Assembly: GCF_001194135.2 (NCBI RefSeq)
Contig: NC_068985.1
Span: 106,955,133 to 107,019,132 of the forward strand
Length of the DNA stretch: 64,000 nucleotides
Origin: Octopus bimaculoides
Lineage: Eukaryota
Reading direction: 5' to 3'
In this document: positions 51,426-64,000 of the stretch, one piece after another
How positions within the stretch are numbered: position 1 is the stretch's first letter
Layout of the letters: each line of letters opens with the position of its first letter
The notes under the pieces: generated by a model
Seen by the model: only the letters and a program-made list of their open reading frames with translations
What the model was told of the DNA's origin: nothing
The model's database searches: none
Position numbers and translations under genes: made by a program

Positions 51426-53237
51426 AGCACACGCATCTATGTATTGCATTGTCAAACTTGCTCAAATGTAGAACTATATGGAATTGTGGAATAACAAGCA
51501 TTTAGATGATGATGACGATGACGACATCGACATCAGCAGTGATGACAATGATGGAGGTAGAGAGTAGTGGTGGTGACGATGGTTTTCTTGGTGAAGTTAA
51601 TGGGGAGGATGGCGGTGAAGATGACAATGAAGATGATGAATACAATTAAGTGGACAACAATCATTGTGACAATGATTACAGTGTCAGTGATAGACAGTAA
51701 TGATGTTTACGATGATGGCATTGACAATGATGACGATAAAGAAGAGAGATATGGAAGAGAGTGAGGAGTAAAGTAGTCATGTGATATTGGTAAATGACAA
51801 ATGTGACAAATATGACTGCAAGATAAAACATATCATGAATGTGATCTAAAACTCTTCAGTATCAGATTCAATTAAGATAATATTGCTTCTGATAACTCCA
51901 CTTGCACCAACCCTACTAGTTACACCACAGCAAATAAACAATCATTTTAGGATATATCCATACATATAATTGAATAATATAACCTACAAATGAATCAATT
52001 GCTGACTCATTCTACCAAACTATAATACATTTTTTCCTTTGCACGAATCATTCCTATACACTTTATTTCAGACAGTCTAGAATGAATTTATTGGATAGTT
52101 ATGTAGATTCATTCGTTTGTTTTTTTTTTGTTTTTTTAAATGTATTAATTAGTCAGAGGAGATGAGACAGTGCTTATGACTTTTGTAGGTTTTGGAACAG
52201 TGGTAAAGATTGATATTGATGATGTTCAGTTTGAAATTTTGTAGGTCAATGATTGAAAGCAGTGCGGGTAAATGAAAAGACAATAAAACAGAAAGAAAAA
52301 TAGAATGGAACTGAAACGTTTCACATTATTACATTTCCATTGCACTAGTAGAATCATTACAGCATCAGATAAAATGCTTAGCACATTTCTTCTAGCTCTT
52401 TACATTCCATCTTCAAATTCCACCAAGGCAACTTTACCTTTCATCTTCACAGGGTCAATAAAATAAAATGTCAGTCAAGTGTTGGGGTCAATGGTTTCAA
52501 CTAACCACGTCCCTTTAAAATTGCTGGTCTTGTGCCAAAATATGAAATAATTACACTGTGTAACAAAATTTTATTTTTTTTTTTTTAAATCTTTGGTTCT
52601 TGCTAGAAATCAAAGAAAATGACTACTATTTCCTTCAAACTTTGCTTTTGTGACCTGGACATCAATATTTTGAAACTGATCTATTTTTCCATTACATTTC
52701 AGACAGATTCAGCACTGAGTTGTTGAAGCAGAAATATTGTTATAGCAAATTTGTGCTCAGTACCACAGTTTTTCTTGTCAGTTGCTTGATCTTAACCATT
52801 TGAGCATTGTCACTCAGTAGCTGACAATATGTACATCTCTGATCATGAGCACGAGTAGTAGGGGAGCATCATAGCCATGTTTTGAAAGAGATTCTTTGGG
52901 ATGTGAATAAATATAACAATAGCAAAGTTTGAAGGAAATAGCCATTTTTCATACTTCCTAGGGGTAAGCAAACAGGAAATAACAGTTGCTACCCGAGAAC
53001 AATAATCATATTATATAGAATTATTAAAGAAAATGTCATCCTTTTGTTTAATAGATGAGTGGTTGGCATTAGGAAGAACATCCAGCTGTAGAAACATTGC
53101 CAGGTCAGATTGGAACCTGGTGCAGCCACTGGCTTTCCTGACCTCAGTCAAACTGTTCAACCCATGTGTTATATCACAATACTTACACAGTGGATAAGTA
53201 TTTTAGGAATGAGAACTCAGGTTCAAAATTTCTCCAA

Positions 53238-53280
53238 GACACCTGATGAAGGCTGGAGGGTACATCAGCTGAAACGTGTT
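53238..53280 (+). ncRNA. Hammerhead-ribozyme-like motif (minimal type I, probably degenerate)
   Basis: GACAC-CUGAUGA-A-GGCUG-gagggtacat-CAGCU-GAAAC-GUGUU: both core boxes, stem II GCUG/CAGC and stem I GACAC/GUGUU present; no separate UH cleavage triplet. Confidence 0.45.
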
Positions 53281-56200
53281 AGCAACAAACAAGATGAGGA
53301 CAAATATCCGTCAAATGTAAATAATGTAAATAATTTAATCTTTATGTTCTCCAAAGTCATTGTTCACCAATACATCAAGCTGTTTCTAAAAAAAGGAGAC
53401 ATAAAAAGTCGCCAAATTTAGCCTGAATACCCAGTATATATATAACAGGCTTCCATCTACCAAATTCACTCACAAGACTTTGGTCAACCAGGGGCAGTAG
53501 TAGAAGATACTTGCCCAAGGTACCAATACAGTGGGATTGAACTCAAAGCTATGTGGTTGGGAAGTTAAATTCTTAACCTCAGGGCCATACCATGCCTAAA
53601 TAAATCATAATTGATCTAGAAATCATGGTGGTGGTGGGGGGGGATACAATTTGCTTAGATGCAAATTGATAATGGGAAGACACTACCCATCTACCTGTAA
53701 GTAAGTGTAGTGTGGAGGTACAATTTACCTGACTATAAATAAATGTGTGTGTGTGTGTGCATGTGCACACGTGCATGCTCATTCGTGTGTGTATGCATGT
53801 ATGTGTGTGTGTATGCAGAGTTGACATTTGGAATCAGTGTCGACCCAGTTTTATTGACAAATAGCTTGTCGGTTAGCTCCACAATTCTGCGTTCTAATTC
53901 TGCCAGAAGTACAGCATGAAATGAGTAAGTTCCATCAGATTGACATACTCTCAATACATTATAGCTGATACTCCCAGAACAGAATCTTTATAATCAATTC
54001 TATGCTCCACCAATTTTCAACAGAACTGTCAGAGCATGACTGATGAATCTCAATAAAAAACTTCATAGTTTTCATTAGTTTATTTGCTGTTAATGTCTGC
54101 TGCATAATTTCCAAGTGTGAAGTTTTAATATTCAAATCAATAAACTGTCAGACACTCATAAGTCATGTGACACAGTCACATGACTCTGTAAACATTGAGA
54201 AATATGTTTAATGCTTTTGATATTGCTTCGTATTAAACTTAATATTGGGGGTGGGGGAAATTCCATTCTTGTACTGTTCCATCGAATTTCTCTACAATTC
54301 CATATCATCCCTGTACTATTCCTTATAATTTATGAGCCATTCCATATAGCAGTATAATTCCTGTACCATTTCAAGTAATTCCAGTATCCTTCCATATAAA
54401 CCTTGTACTATAGCATGTACCTCCTATACCATCACATATAAGCTCTGCCTTTTCATATGATTTCTGTACTCGTCCATATAATCTACAAGCCATTCAATAT
54501 GATTTTAGTACCATTCTATATAATTCTTATACCACTCACTATCATTTCTGTGTCATTCTATATTATTTGTGTAGTAAATCATAGGATTTCATTCCAGATA
54601 ATTACTATTGTGTGTGCGTGTGTGTGTCCGTGTCCTTCTTTGTCTTGATGTTGCATTATACTTGTAAATGTGTCATTTATTTCTAATATTCTGTAAGAAC
54701 ATGCCTGTCCATGGGGAAATATTATCTTGCTTGGTAACAGGTGAGGGTTAGTGATAGGGAGGGCACCTGACTGAAGAAAATCTACCGCATTAAGCTCTGT
54801 TGAATCACACAAGCATGAAAAAGTGGGTTTTAAAGTGATGATGATGTTTCTAACATTCACGAGGATAATGACTGGTACTTAATTCTGGTTTCTTATCATA
54901 AACTTTCTCAATAAAACATTGTCATAGTCCATACTAATGCGCAACTGATGACAGAACTGTTAGAAATAGGAGCTGTGTTGGTTCCTGATTGTTTACTAAA
55001 AAAACTAGATGAAACTAAAATACTAAATATCAATTCATCGCTTAGCTGAGATGGTATGATCTCTACACCAACACAGCCTAGAGCCTAAAATTTTGTAGCC
55101 TGAAGAATATTACATCTCTAAACCTTTTCATACTAACCTAACTGAGATTGCCTCTGTTCTTCGATACAAACGACTTGCTTTAAAAAAAGCTATATTAAAA
55201 CCTTCCATAAAAATTTCAAATTATATTCCAAACACCAGCTTCAAAACAACAGTTATTTTACTAGCTTCATCCTATTCTTGTTCATTCACTTCTATCTCAT
55301 GGCCAATCATCTGTCACTCTCCCTTCTTACTCTTGTGAAACTAGTCCTTTTTTTCCCCACATTAACTTACTGTTTGTATTCCCTTTACTGCTCAAGAAAT
55401 TTGCTTTCCAACCACATGATCTCAGGTTCAGTTACTTTGCACTTTGAGTTTCTTTCAATTTCTGTCACCCAAATCCACTGACAAGGCTTTCGTTGACCTG
55501 GGGCTATAGTAGAGGATACTTGTCCAAGGTGAATGCAGTGTGATTGAACCTGAAACCATGTGGGTGGAAAGCATACTTCTTAACTACACATTCATGTTTG
55601 CACTTGAATCTAATCATAAAATAATTTTTCAAATAAATACTTGCCCAACCTATGCCGGCATAGAAAAAAGGAAGTAAATCAAACAATCAAACAAATTGTA
55701 TATGCAGTAGTTTAATTGATTTGTACTTAGAACCATTATTTCTGAACTTAGCACAAATGGCATTCTTAACCATTTGACCATCTGCTGTATTGTAACCTTC
55801 TGCAGCTTCCTGGTTTTTCCTTTATAAGATAATTCACAAATGCATGTTATAACTCCATGTTTTAATGTTCTTGTGATTCTTGACTAGGTTAAGATTTGGT
55901 GGGGAATCTGCAAGATGTGATATAACTTTGTGCAGAATCTTTCAAACATTAGTAGTTGTGATGGAAACAGTTCAATGTTAGCAGGTATGGATCTATATGT
56001 CTGGCTAAACTATTTGATTGTACTTTGGGCTGGAATTGTATGCTGCATATTCTCTTGCTTGGTGAGATGAGAAAATTCATGACTAAAATATTGAGCCATA
56101 CCTGAAAGAAGTGATTTTTCAGGTGTATCAGTTGCATATCATCTTTAGTGATTGCAATTACGCACACTAAATTGTGCATGTATGTGCATTTGTGTATATA

Positions 56201-57207
56201 TGTATGTTTCCTTCTGTTTCTGATTATTTGAAGCCTATATATAAGTATGTATGTATGTATTATGTATGTATGTATGGCTTTAAATTGCACCTGGTGCTGG
56301 GGCCCTGGTGCAAGAGTTTTAGCATTTTAAAGAGTGTGGAACCACTACTTAGCTCCTATTGTTTCCAGGTATACTCAAACCCAGAATAGCAGCACCGTCA
56401 GGGTCCCAGCAATGGTTTAATTTGCATGTTATGGGAGAAACTCCAAACACAAACCTTTACTGCCTCGTGAATGCCTTGAAAAGGGAAAAACCTAGGAAGG
56501 GAAAAAACCTCAACAGCAAATCAAGGGGGAAAAACCATCAGGTGTTCTTGTACCCCCTTTGACACCAATAAGGCAACTCTAAGATAGGTGGAGCTCTCTG
56601 GTCTTGTAAGGCCATTCACCTAGAAGAAGGTCCCTCGAATGTAAAACCTACAGTTTGCTGGTCATCACTGCCTTTTTAGCTCACTGAGCCACAGTGGTCA
56701 GACTTCCAAATGTAGAGAGTGAGATTAGATAGCACAGACTGACTCTCACTCAAAAATCATTAATCACAGGAAAGAAGAAAAGCTGCGCAATAATAGAAAA
56801 GAGATGAATACGACAGGTATTCGATAGTGCTGACTGTCACAGCTTCAATTCTACTGGTAGGTAGTCTTCTTCAAAAGAAAAAAGGACTGCCACCATTGTG
56901 TGTGTGTGTGTGTGTGTGTGTGCATCATGTGTGTGTGCGTTTGTGTGTGTTGCATGTGTATGAGTGAGATTGCATGTTTGAAAGATTACATTAATAGTTC
57001 AGTTAACAAAAGAAAAAAACATGTCAGATGTTTTGGTGACATTTAACCAAAATTCATTATCGAAACCCTGTTCTTTCTGCTTTAATATTCACTAGAAACC
57101 AATAACCAACCAAATGGCTGCAAAACCCAGTACACTTGTAAAATCATAAAATAGCAAATCCATAGAGTTACAATAATTTGAATGTTATATGTTGATTTAA
57201 TATCTTT

Positions 57208-57278
<71 letters not shown>

Positions 57279-57530
57279 AGTGTTTCTACTTGATCTTTAA
57301 TTACACATTCAAGATTATGTAGTGAAAGTATTGTTAAAAATATACACTGGTAATTTGATTGGATACATACATATATATGAATATATATATATACACACAC
57401 ACGTAAACATACATATACATATTAAATATTCTCTGTGTGTGTTTGTGTGTGAGTATGTGTTTAGTGCATGTGTGTGTATGTATCTTCTTGTCTTGACATT
57501 GTATCACTGTGTGCTAATTGTGTTTGTGTG

Positions 57531-57595
<65 letters not shown>

Positions 57596-58202
57596 ACAAA
57601 CACATACACATACACATACACACACACAGACACACACAGAGAATATTTTGACTAAATTTACATACAATTACAATGGGTCAGGGTAATGTGTGACATAATT
57701 TGAAATTCAGCATGAACAATCTTTATTGAAATATTGATTCTATGATCTGTGTATGATGATGTGATTATCAGGACTGAATATTGAAGAAATTTCCTAGTTG
57801 CTCTCTTTCCAAAAGAAGGGAATTGCTGAATAATAATAATAATACCAAATTATATTATATCATTATTGTTTTCCATCATTGTTTTAATGTTCGTTTTTCC
57901 ATGCTTGCATGGGTCAGATGAAATTTGTTGAAATTTGTTGAAACAAATTTTCTATGGCTGGATGCTCTTCCCATTGCTAACCCTTCCTCGTTTACAAGGA
58001 AAGTGATATTTCTCACTATGGTTAGATAAGTTTTCACAGAAGATTGCAAATGAGCAACACTGTATAACAGTGAAGTTCATTTTACAATTAACACATGATA
58101 GTAAGTCAAGGAGACATTCACACACGCCATAAAGCTAAACCCTTTATGGATGGGAAACCAGAGGTAATGCCATAAACCGGCCTTCCCCATTTTTAATATA
58201 TA

Positions 58203-58606
58203 GGCGCAGGAGTGGCTGTGTGGTAAATAGCTTGCTTACCAACCACATGGTTCCGGGTTCAGTCCCACTGCGTGGCACCTTGGGCAAGTGTCTTCTACTA
58301 TAGCCTCGGGCCGACCAAAGCCTTGTGAGTGGATTTGGTAGACGGAAACTGAAAGAAGCCCGTCGTATATATGTATATATATATGTGTGTATGTGTGGTT
58401 GTGTGTCTGTGTTTGTCCCCCACCATTGCTTGACAACCGATGCTGGTGTGTTTACGTCCCCGTAACTTAGCGGTTCAGCAAAAAGAGACCGATAGAATAA
58501 GTACTAGGCTTACAGAGAATAAGTCCTGGGGTCGATTTGCTCAACTAAAGGCGGTGCTCCAGCATGGCTGCAGTCAAATGACTGAAACAAGTAAAAGAGT
58601 AAAAGA
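58203..58606 (+). mobile_element. tRNA-headed SINE (family A), reference full-length copy
   Basis: A box TGGCTGTGTGG (58213-58223), B box GGTTCAGTCCC (58256-58266), CORE-like gcaccttgggcaagtg, internal (TA)n(TG)n, gtaaaagagtaaaaga tail. Confidence 0.9.
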
Positions 58607-58618
58607 AATATATATTAT

Positions 58619-58776
58619 TTAAGACAGTTTGATACAGTTTCATGTGGCTTAAAGTTTTACAAGCCTCTAACAGAAGGCCATCTCTTTCAAGCTTAATCCA
58701 AAACCTGAAAGAGACAGGCTTCTGTTAGAAGCTTGCAAAACTGTGAGTCACATAGAACCATATCAAACTGTTTTAA
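58619..58776. repeat. TTAA-flanked hairpin, about 70-bp arms with a 16-nt loop
   Basis: ttaagacagtttgata...tctctttca - agcttaatccaaaacc - tgaaagaga...tatcaaactgttttaa. Confidence 0.85.
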
Positions 58777-59049
58777 GTGATACATGTAACTCGTACAAGT
58801 GTTGAGTGCTCTTTTCCTTCATTTATCCTCTGATACACATACACACGTATAATATAATATAAGGAAAATGGAGAGTTTGAACACAGGAAAAATCAATTTA
58901 TTTATGCAATAGTTACTTTCGTATTACCTACAAACGTTTCAATTTCTTACCTTCCGGCATACACTTGGATAAAATACATCCCTGTGAAAGAGCAACCTTT
59001 TTCCATCCGAAACTTTATGTATGTATGTATGTATGTATGTATGTATGTA

Positions 59050-59082
<33 letters not shown>

Positions 59083-61248
59083 ATGTATGTATGCATGTAT
59101 GCATGTATGTATATATGTATGTGGATCAGATCTTTGCATGGATGAGATCATTGTGTGTATGTGTGCTTGTACATATAATTGACTCCTTTTGGTTTCTGTC
59201 TACCAAATTCATTTTCAGGGCTTCCCTCAACCTTGGGCTCTAGTAAGAGACACTTGCCCACCAGGATTGAACCTGAAACCATAGAGTTGCAAAGCAAATT
59301 TCTTAAGCATGCACCCAACAATGCTCTTCGACTTTTCCCATATCATTGCTGTTGAATTCTTTGCAATCATGACATCTGTGCAACAATTAAAATCATCATC
59401 TACTTGCATTAGGGATGAACACACAAATACCCGAAACACTCTTGGTCTCTTTCTCATCTCCAAACCCATACATTCCTAATTCTAACCATCTCTGCACCAA
59501 TCAAATAACTCAATCACTATACAATAGCAGATACCACCACATATCCACATACTATGTGACAGCCTGCTTCCTGACCCTTGTGGCCCATCAGGTTGGCTGA
59601 TTGGATCTGTACTAATTTTACATTTACTCTGGCAGCAAATAAACTTCAACTCTGACCCAGCTGAGTTAGCTAAGCAAATTACTGAATACATATTCTTAAG
59701 CATTTTCTCTGAATTTCTAAACTGTAGAATTAGCATTATTATAAACTGTTATATTGCGACTAATGTGCACATTTCGGTTGTTATGGTTACACATTTTCAG
59801 CCATTGCACTCTTCAGCCTGTTTCAAGTGTCTGTCATAGTCAGTAATGTTGTTTAAGTGTCAATTGTTCAGTGTAGTAATTTAGCTATTGGATATGAGTT
59901 CAATCTGTCCCTGGGTTGATCAATCAATATATATATATTCTGGTTGAGGCAGAATGAACATGAGACAACAAATATATTAAAAAAGAAATAAACAAGCAGG
60001 AGAATATCACTGGTATGGTCACTCATAGTGAGAACAATCTACTCTATCACAGTCATCATCATCATTCTCATCATCATCATGACAGTCAGCAGCAGTAGCA
60101 ACCCCAGCAGTAGTATTTTAACATCCACATTTTCATGCTTCCATGGATCAAACAGAGTTTGTTGGGGTAATTTTTTTTTTATAGTTGGATGCCTTTCCAG
60201 ATCCCAAAGCTCACCTCTTTCCAAGAAAAATAATATTACATCATGGTATAACAATTTTCATGAAAGACTGAAAATGAATGATGTTACTAATATGATGGTG
60301 CCACCTGTTTAGAACTGTCATGCAATGATAAGACATGGAGATATGCAAACCCATAAACATGCATGCATAAATACATACAGACATGAACATATTTATANNN
60401 NNNNNNNNNNNNNNNNNNNNNNNNNNNNNNNNNNNNNNNNNNNNNNNNNNNNNNNNNNNNNNNNNNNNNNNNNNNNNNNNNNNNNNNNNNNNNNNNNNNN
60501 NNNNNNNNNNNNNNNNNNNNNNNNNNNNNNNNNNNNNNNNNNNNNNNNNNNNNNNNNNNNNNNNNNNNNNNNNNNNNNNNNNNNNNNNNNNNNNNNNNNN
60601 NNNNNNNNNNNNNNNNNNNNNNNNNNNNNNNNNNNNNNNNNNNNNNNNNNNNNNNNNNNNNNNNNNNNNNNNNNNNNNNNNNNNNNNNNNNNNNNNNNNN
60701 NNNNNNNNNNNNNNNNNNNNNNNNNNNNNNNNNNNNNNNNNNNNNNNNNNNNNNNNNNNNNNNNNNNNNNNNNNNNNNNNNNNNNNNNNNNNNNNNNNNN
60801 NNNNNNNNNNNNNNNNNNNNNNNNNNNNNNNNNNNNNNNNNNNNNNNNNNNNNNNNNNNNNNNNNNNNNNNNNNNNNNNNNNNNNNNNNNNNNNNNNNNN
60901 NNNNNNNNNNNNNNNNNNNNNNNNNNNNNNNNNNNNNNNNNNNNNNNNNNNNNNNNNNNNNNNNNNNNNNNNNNNNNNNNNNNNNNNNNNNNNNNNNNNN
61001 NNNNNNNNNNNNNNNNNNNNNNNNNNNNNNNNNNNNNNNNNNNNNNNNNNNNNNNNNNNNNNNNNNNNNNNNNNNNNNNNNNNNNNNNNNNNNNNNNNNN
61101 NNNNNNNNNNNNNNNNNNNNNNNNNNNNNNNNNNNNNNNNNNNNNNNNNNNNNNNNNNNNNNNNNNNNNNNNNNNNNNNNNNNNNNNNNNNNNNNNNNNN
61201 NNNNNNNNNNNNNNNNNNNNNNNNNNNNNNNNNNNNNNNNNNNNNNNN

Positions 61249-61520
61249 AGATCGTTGCCAGTGCCCCTGGACTGGCTCTTGTGCGGGTGGCACATAAAAG
61301 ACACCATTTAGAGCGTGGCCGTTTTCGTGCGGGTGACACATAAAAGCACCCACTACACTCTCTGAGTGGTTGGTGTTAGGAAGGGCATCCAGCTGTAGAA
61401 ACTCTGCCAAATTAGATTGGAGCCTGGTGTAGCCATCCGGTTGCACCAGTCCTCAGTCAAATCGTCCGACCCATGCTAGCATGGAAAGCGGACGTTAAAC
61501 GATGATGACAATGATGGTGA
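61249..61520 (+). mobile_element. RTE-LINE 3'-UTR copy, well preserved
   Basis: aaagcacccactacactctctgagtggttggtgttaggaagggcatccagctgtagaaac...gcatggaaagcggacgttaaacgatgatg. Confidence 0.85.
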
Positions 61521-63344
61521 TACATATATATATATATTTAATAATGTCATTCTAAACAATAACATCATTGCACTCATGAAGTTAGAAGATAATACATAAT
61601 TAATTCAAAACAATTTGATTGAATAAACATTAAATTTGACAGAATAATCTTAATGCTAAAGGGTTATACAAGAACTGAAAAAATTCTTAATTACAATCCT
61701 ACATAGTTTCATCTGTTAAAAATTGTAGTCCTGAATTTTGACAGCCCCATGAAATAAATGGGGGGGGGTGCACGTGTGTGTGTACATACATACACACATA
61801 CATACATAATATATACATACATACATACATACATACATACATACATACATACATGCTTATACAGTGTTGTTTGTTAATGCTCTGAAAAAGAAGTACTCAA
61901 TATAAATGTTGTGTGCAGCAGTTTCACTTGGTGCAGTGACCTATTACTCAAGGATTTCAGACAAACCAGACAGGGAGAAAATATGAAAGAGTTATGTTAA
62001 TTATTAATAATTCATATGTTTCATTTGTATGTATGTAATTTAGACAGGTTAGAGATATTCCTAGGCAGGGGGTACTTTGTGAACTGACTTGTACTTGGCA
62101 TCATGCAAATTTAGTTTTCTGAGTGAGTTATGCAAATAAAAATAGGTTTAGTCAGACAACTTAGTAGGTGTTATATTCCAAATTATAGTTTTTATTTAAA
62201 AAAATTTTTTTTTTTATTTAGAATTTACTGTGTAAGATTCATCCTCAGGATTTGGAAGCTTGCAGAAGTGGTAAAGATGTGAATAAAATTAATCATTTGG
62301 ATGTTTCAGTTAAGATAAGTTATAAATCATGGTAACTAAAGTTTTATAGGACAAGCAAATTTGATTTCAAGGTTGTAGCTCTGCCTTCTGCAGACTGCTG
62401 CCCACCAACTAAGTTATGATAGAGTGTATTTGCAGGGGAGGCTATAGGATATAAAAAGATAGTGAGATGTGATTTATTGATAGATGTTACCAATCATCTG
62501 GTAAAACAAATGGTTAAGTAAGGTTATAATACAAAATGGTTAATTAAACAAGTTAATTGTAGTCTAGATTTACACAATAATATATTTTCAAATTATTTCG
62601 AGCTTACGATAAAGTTGTAACTTAGGAGTTTAAAATTAATATCAAATATAGCTAACAGTGGTAGAGAGTTTGGTTAAAGGGGATTGATGAGTTAAAGAAT
62701 ATATGCTTGCATCATATTTAAAACTTTCTCTTTGATCTTTCTTCTTTCACTTTCATTTCGTTATCTAATGATGATCACTTCTGCTATGGAGCTTTATCTA
62801 CCTCCACAAGTTCCTGTTCAACTGATAGTTGTTCTTTTCATGGAAAACTTTAGCAATCTGGATAACCCTCTCGTAATATGATCTATGACTGAGCATTGAC
62901 CATCTTTTCTTCTAGTCATTAGTGTCTTAGTTTTTGAAGTACGTTTCTTATGATTTTAATTTGATTTAAACTTTTTTTTATTTTTCATACATTTATTCTC
63001 AGTTTATTCATTAACACTAAATTTCTATGGGTTGATTTATTGGTAATTATTTATTTATATATGGTTTATGTACTAAGTTTTTATTAATTAACTATATATA
63101 GCCCATCCCAAGTAGTTTTGTGATCTTGTACCATTCTATATCCCTGGATTATCCCAGCTTTGTGAGTGGATTTGATAGATGGAAGCTAATAGAAGTCTCT
63201 CAAGTGTATATATGCGCATGCATGTGTGTGTGTGTATGTTACATGGTAGTTGTGAGCAAATGTCACCATCATTTCAGTTTTCAGTGGAAAACATATCTAG
63301 TCATATTATACATATTACACACATATATTATGCTGCTGGACTGG

Positions 63345-63572
63345 CTCTTGTGCGGGTGGCACATAAAATGCACCATTTTGAGCGTGGTCGTTGCCAGTAC
63401 CACCTGACTGGCCTTTGTGCCGGTGGCACGTAAACGTACCCACTACACTCTCTGAGTGGTTGGCGTTAAGAAGGGCATCCAGCTGTAGAAACTCTGCCAA
63501 ATCATATTGGAGCCTGGTGTAGCCATCTGGTTTTACCAGTCCTCAGTCAAACCGTCCAACCCATGCTAGCAG
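63345..63572 (+). mobile_element. RTE-LINE 3'-UTR copy lacking the terminal tail
   Basis: Near-identical to 61268-61480 (ctggactggctcttgtgcgggtggcacataaaa...cccatgctagca). Confidence 0.85.
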
Positions 63573-63649
63573 AGGTGTCCTCACTAACATACACTCGTTT
63601 CATAACACTGGTAGCTTTGATATGTCAGTCTATCTAGGAATCTGTACCC

Positions 63650-63995
63650 CATTATCACTATCATCATCAGAACTACCATCATCAGAACTACCATCATCAG
63701 AACTACCACCATCATCATTGTTTTTATCACCACCACCACCACCACCATCATCATCACTATCATTACCACCACTACCAATATCACCAACCACCACCACAAC
63801 CACCACAATCATCATCATTATCAACATTGCTACCACCTCCGCTGCTGCTGCCAGCACCAGCACCACCATTACTATCATCACCTCTACCATCACCAACTCT
63901 GCCACCGCCACCACCACCTCTACCATCACCAACTCTGCCACCGCCACCACCACCTCTACCATCACCAACTCTGCCACCGCCACCACACACCACCC
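63650..63995. repeat. (ACC/ATC)n tract with 15-bp x3 and 36-bp x3 higher-order units
   Basis: catcatcagaactac x3 (about 63661-63706); cacctctaccatcaccaactctgccaccgccaccac x3 (about 63879-63986). Confidence 0.9.
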
Positions 63996-64000
63996 TCAGG

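Noticed and set aside
59300-59560. Possible Penelope RT relic (NNALRL, MDIC-like fragments)
   Set aside because: Too degenerate to support without an alignment.

Overview
AT-rich, repeat-saturated eukaryotic genomic DNA from a draft scaffold (14 N-gaps, about 4.3 kb in total). The SINE/LINE families and the extreme (TA)n/(CA)n/(TACA)n/(ATC)n/(GGT)n load point to a coleoid cephalopod, most likely Octopus; this is recognition by eye, not a database result. I cannot support any complete host protein-coding gene, tRNA/rRNA gene, CRISPR array or operon. Nearly all ORFs in the supplied track are microsatellite or N-gap artefacts, or decayed transposon ORFs. Supported content: many copies of a tRNA-headed SINE with an internal microsatellite; RTE-clade LINE fragments, many being 3'-UTR-only copies with a variable tandem subrepeat and (ATG)n tail; CR1/L2-like RT tails; three Penelope-like element remnants; Tc1/mariner, Tigger/pogo, hAT and piggyBac relics; and at least five fold-back MITE-like hairpins. 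The best second-look items are a hammerhead-ribozyme-like core at 53238-53280, a Penelope-like remnant with direct plus inverted terminal repeats, an in-frame 243-bp tandem amplification of an L2 RT segment, and abundant inverted repeats that could form dsRNA (relevant to cephalopod A-to-I editing). A few isolated exon-like segments may belong to an unidentified long-intron gene. I found no convincing novel multi-gene system. Boundaries of decayed elements are approximate (tens of bp).
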